A stretch of DNA of 64,000 bases from Tubulanus polymorphus (Eukaryota; Animalia; Nemertea). The position numbers were made by a program, and so were the translations under genes. Positions 59,888 to 64,000 of this stretch are shown here, one piece after another. Position 1 is the stretch's first letter, and each line of letters begins with the position of its first letter. Under the pieces are notes generated by a model. It saw only the letters and a program-made list of their open reading frames with translations, did no database searches and was not told the origin of the DNA. Location: positions 17,925,653-17,989,652 of the forward strand of contig NC_134028.1 in assembly GCF_964204645.1 (NCBI RefSeq), written 5' to 3'.

Positions 59888-62800
59888 TCAACATAACTGC
59901 CTTTTCTATTCAATTAGGATTCAAAGGTTACTCGTGATCACTAGCAAAGTATGAATAAGCTTTGACATTCTTAACTAAACTTGTATAAAAAATTCTATGG
60001 TCAAAACAAACATTGCACCATCTCTCTATTTTCTGGATTTGAAGTGAAGATAGGTGGCTGAATGAAACATATGCGATTGAATCAAAATGGATCGGCTTCT
60101 CGGTATTTTTGAAAACGCACAAGTTTGATTGCCAACAAGTTGTTGACAAACAGAAGATAGTCTGCTAAGTTGTATTAACTTCAACTTTTTTTAAATGTGC
60201 GTGGTCTGAGGGAACTTCATTGTAGGTTACATAAGTAACATCCGATCTATCACTACTGCACGTGCTGGTACCACAAGGTTGTTTCAGATGGGAAATGCCT
60301 TTACTCTGCATCCCTGCTTGCCAGGGGTCCGGTATCACTCCCCATACTTGCTTCCACCAGCCCCCCCTGGCCTCACGACGCGTGATTTCATTACTGGCAG
60401 TTTTGCGCATGACGTCATAAATCGACTTGCGAAATACTTCCTTGTTCAGTAAAATGTTCTTGATTGTCCATTTAACGGGAAATCCAACAGAAGCCTAATG
60501 TCATTTGTTACAAGCGTTGTGATTGGTACGACTGGTCAGCTAGTAATGACTCCAATGACTCGCGAGGGCAAGGGGAGTATCGATTTTAAAGCTATTCCGA
60601 GGAAAGCGGTGTTTGCTGTAGTATACATAGATAAAACCCAATATCTAGTATAGATAGGGATTGTACGTATCATTCAACATCCATTTGACAAATCTGAAAC
60701 AAATAGAAATGTACCATTTAGTTTCTGCCTAATCAAAACACAAATAAAATGTTATCAAAATGTTATCCACTGGGGCTTGTCACGTTCTAAGGCCAGCAAT
60801 GGAAAACCCCATGATCTAGTTACCGTTGGCGTTGCCTGCGAAAAAATCTAAGTAAAGACCTAAGAAAAACTTTGGCAGACGCTCACGCCCGGCCAAGCCA
60901 TTTCCATTCATCCCCAACCCCATGCATGGTCTACGACAACTGTCACAATAACTTGCCCCGTCCCATATTGAAATTACAGAAATACTGAAAAAAAACTCAC
61001 CTAAGCAGGGATCCTGAAGCAGAGATTGGGAATAATGAATCTGAAAAATTGAATTATTTCACTAATTTTATGGTTACATAAGCCTGTACAGGGCTAAGAG
61101 CAGATAATCTCCCAAGTGAAATAAATTGAGCTGAAATTTGAATTTGATAATCAACAATTATTAGAAAGGCAAACAATGCGGTTAAAAGAAAGTCACATGC
61201 AATTACAAATTATGCTGGATACTTTGATATCAATATAACGTAGCTCCGTTACACAAAAGTCTAAGTTAATGACGATTTGCAGCTAGTTAAATCTGCAGAA
61301 AACACCAGCCAACTCCAGTTGTTTACATTGACAGAATAAATCAGAATCCCATCAGCATTGGTCTAGCATGCCATAGGCCCTACTTAACTGGAGGTCTTAC
61401 ACTGCATTAGATAATTCTATCATATTCAGCAAAAAAGATGAACTTCTCTTACCCATGACGTCAAAATGACGTGTATCCCGTGCAATTTCTTGTTCATCTA
61501 AACTGGTTGTTTGGGGAATACCCCCAGCTGCTGAAGGTATTCCCTAATAACCAATCAGAGTGCAGCTTTCTCATAATGACGTCAAAAAGCGCGATTTTGT
61601 AGGCCGCGGCCTGAACCGTGGGTAGAGCCGTGATTAGCTGAAAGAGCCCACATGATCTCTGCAGAATGAAGGTATTAATCTTCTAGATGGAATATATATT
61701 CGCGAAAAAATACCGAACTTTGAATGCCAATTACTGCATAACTGGAATGTTTCATGGTTTCATCTTCTCACCGTTTTATCTTTGTTTGCAGGCTCTTGTT
61801 TGGTACCGTTTTGAATGGCACTTATTGCATAATGAAAGTGTGCAGTACAAAAGACGAGTTTCGATACACGGCATTTTGTGAGCCAGTTATTTCCGGAAAG
61901 GTCTCCAGAGCCATTATGAAGACCCCGTCGACATACGATGAAGTCAACAAAACAATGTAGGTGGCACTACATTAGGGGCCATGAAAGCCGTTTTTCAGCA
62001 ATACACTAGCATATGCTAGGTAAACTAGTATATAATGCTTATGGTACCCGTATACCAGGGGTTTTAGTAAAATAACCAAGAAGTAAGAAGTAAGAAACAT
62101 ATACAGAATATAGCTGCAAAGCAGTGATAACGGGTTTTCTGCGCAGTCTTAGAATCCTGTTCAACGGTGGATTTCGACAAAGCATTTGATAAGGCACAAC
62201 ATCAGCCATTACTAAACAGGCTATTAGGAAACAGCATCAATGATAGGTCGCCCAAATGGCTCATTTATCTCTGAACGAAAACTTGTAGCCGAAATCAACG
62301 GAACGCCTCAACTTGGAATAAGTCGGTCTAACTAGTGGAGTCACGCAAGGTAGTATCCAAAAAACTCAATGATCCGACAAGAAAATCTTGTTCGAATGAA
62401 AACAATTCTGTTTGATCGAACAATACACTTTTTGTTTGAACCCAAACTTTTCTTCATTCAGAAAGCTATGTTATTGTTGAAATGAAAAACTTTTTGTCCC
62501 AGCAAAAAAAGTTTGGTTGAGCGAAAACAATTTTTTCGAACAAACGTTTGAATGAATACAATTCTGTTCGATTGAACGAAATACTTAATACTTTTGGTTC
62601 GGACAAAAAACTTTTTACAATATACTTGTTCGAATGAAAAACTTAATGTTCTGACAAGAAAATTCTGTTCAAATTAAAACGATTCTGTTCGATCGAACGA
62701 TTGTTTCGAATGAAAAACTTTTCGTTTGGACAAAAAAAGTTTGTTCAACTTTGTTCTAACGATTTTTTCGAATTGGTTCAATCGAACAGAATATTATTGG

Positions 62801-63138
62801 TTCGAACGAAATAAATTTTGTTCCGACGAAATAATTTTCAAGCTAAAGGTCTTTTGAACGAAAAAAAAAGAAGATATTTCTGGGGCTCCGCAGTAACTTA
62901 AAGCCGGACGTAGGTCGGCCTTGTGACGTGATGCGATTCTCGCGTTGCATCGCAACTTTCGGTGCAAGTCGGTTGCGATACGATTGTCAGTGACTGTGTG
63001 CGACTAGTTTCTGCCAGTCGCAAGAGCGCGTAGGTTGGTTGTGACAGTTGTGTCGCGTCGCAGAAAGTAGAACACTTGCGACTCCTTGTGACTGGCGTTG
63101 CTGAAAGTCGCAACCCGTCGCAAGGGAGCGTAAGTCAT

Positions 63139-63410
63139 AATTTGTTAATTTATGCTTGAATTGATAATCGATGTGACAAGAAACGTGCAGTAGATTTCGG
63201 AAAGACGACTTAGAAAAACATGTCAGCTCTTTGAATGGGGCTCAATTTTCGATGTTTACGGCCCGACAGTGCTTTTGTAACGATGATTCTTCAAAATACG
63301 CACGCAGCATTTGGAGATCGAAGTGAGCTGAATGATATCAGACGGATTGTATCGGCAACAGCGGTAATGTAAATAAGCCTATGTACTTTTGACAAAAAAA
63401 GTGTAGAAAA

Positions 63411-63448
<38 letters not shown>

Positions 63449-63606
63449 GAAACACGCGAATCTCAATAGGGTTATCTGTGAGGCCGTAAACATCGAAAAT
63501 TGAGCCCCATTCAAAGAGCGGACATGTTTTTCTAAGTCGTCTTTCCGAAATCTACCGCACGTTTCTTGTCACATCGATTATCAATTCAAGCATAAATTAA
63601 CAAATT
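63139..63606. mobile_element. MITE/foldback with near-perfect TIRs of about 125 bp and an internal (AAT)n
   Basis: 63139-63263 is the reverse complement of 63482-63606 with few mismatches; (AAT)n at 63411-63447. Confidence 0.85.
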
Positions 63607-64000
63607 TATTACCCAAAGATTGCACATTCTGTCGCGGTTTTTAAAAACTAATTATAACAATAGCCCATTTTCCTTTATATAAAATTTTCATGTCAGGACT
63701 CGGACGTTGCATTTCATCCATCCGGTGCCGGTGGTAGGAAACATCTACCAGTTTATGAACCTTTGACAAGTTTTATGGTAAAACAAAAGGCAAAATGGTG
63801 CTAAGGCGGAGACTCAGTCAGATACGTGAAAAGATGATATTCAAATCAATTCCAATGGTGAGAATGGATCTGATATGGACTAAGGAGTGGGTAATCTGTA
63901 CATGAAGGTATTGATGGATACTGATAGCAATAATTCTTATTATTTAGTAGGTCTAGGGGGTAGGCCTAGTGACCGAGATGCATATAGGATTAGGATTGGG

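Noticed and set aside
62385-62850. Degenerate GTTCGAATGAAAA/CGAAC repeats as a functional array
   Set aside because: Irregular period with no boundaries or TSD that I could define; probably the interior of a decayed repeat.

Overview
This looks like AT-rich animal (probably marine invertebrate) genomic DNA, densely packed with nested mobile elements. (1) Bases 1-12976 are the right part of a decayed, capsid-encoding Polinton/adintovirus-like endogenous virus. It carries an rve integrase remnant, major and minor capsid genes, a block of membrane-protein genes, zinc-finger proteins and a protein-primed PolB with OTU-like and EndoVII-like domains. The polymerase's catalytic YxD/TD motif is split by a 1026-bp intein with a LAGLIDADG homing endonuclease, resembling giant-virus PolB inteins. 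This is the main discovery. Almost every gene of the element starts with a T-run followed by TAAATG, like a poxvirus late promoter. (2) Bases 13-23.5 kb hold MITEs, a spliced hAT transposon with a 6-bp TSD, and a three-level nest: a MULE inside a solo LTR inside a pol-less LTR element. (3) Bases 24223-30596 are a second, internally deleted Polinton with a CATATA TSD. Its TIRs end in 122-bp hairpins, its left TIR carries an inserted foldback element built from E2F-consensus repeats, and its pPolB has lost the segment containing the intein target site. (4) A three-exon host TMEM26-like gene lies at 33066-38088. (5) The remainder is CR1-like LINE and Penelope fragments, Helentron-type repeats, MITEs and microsatellites. 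All family assignments come from motif recognition by eye; no database searches were run.
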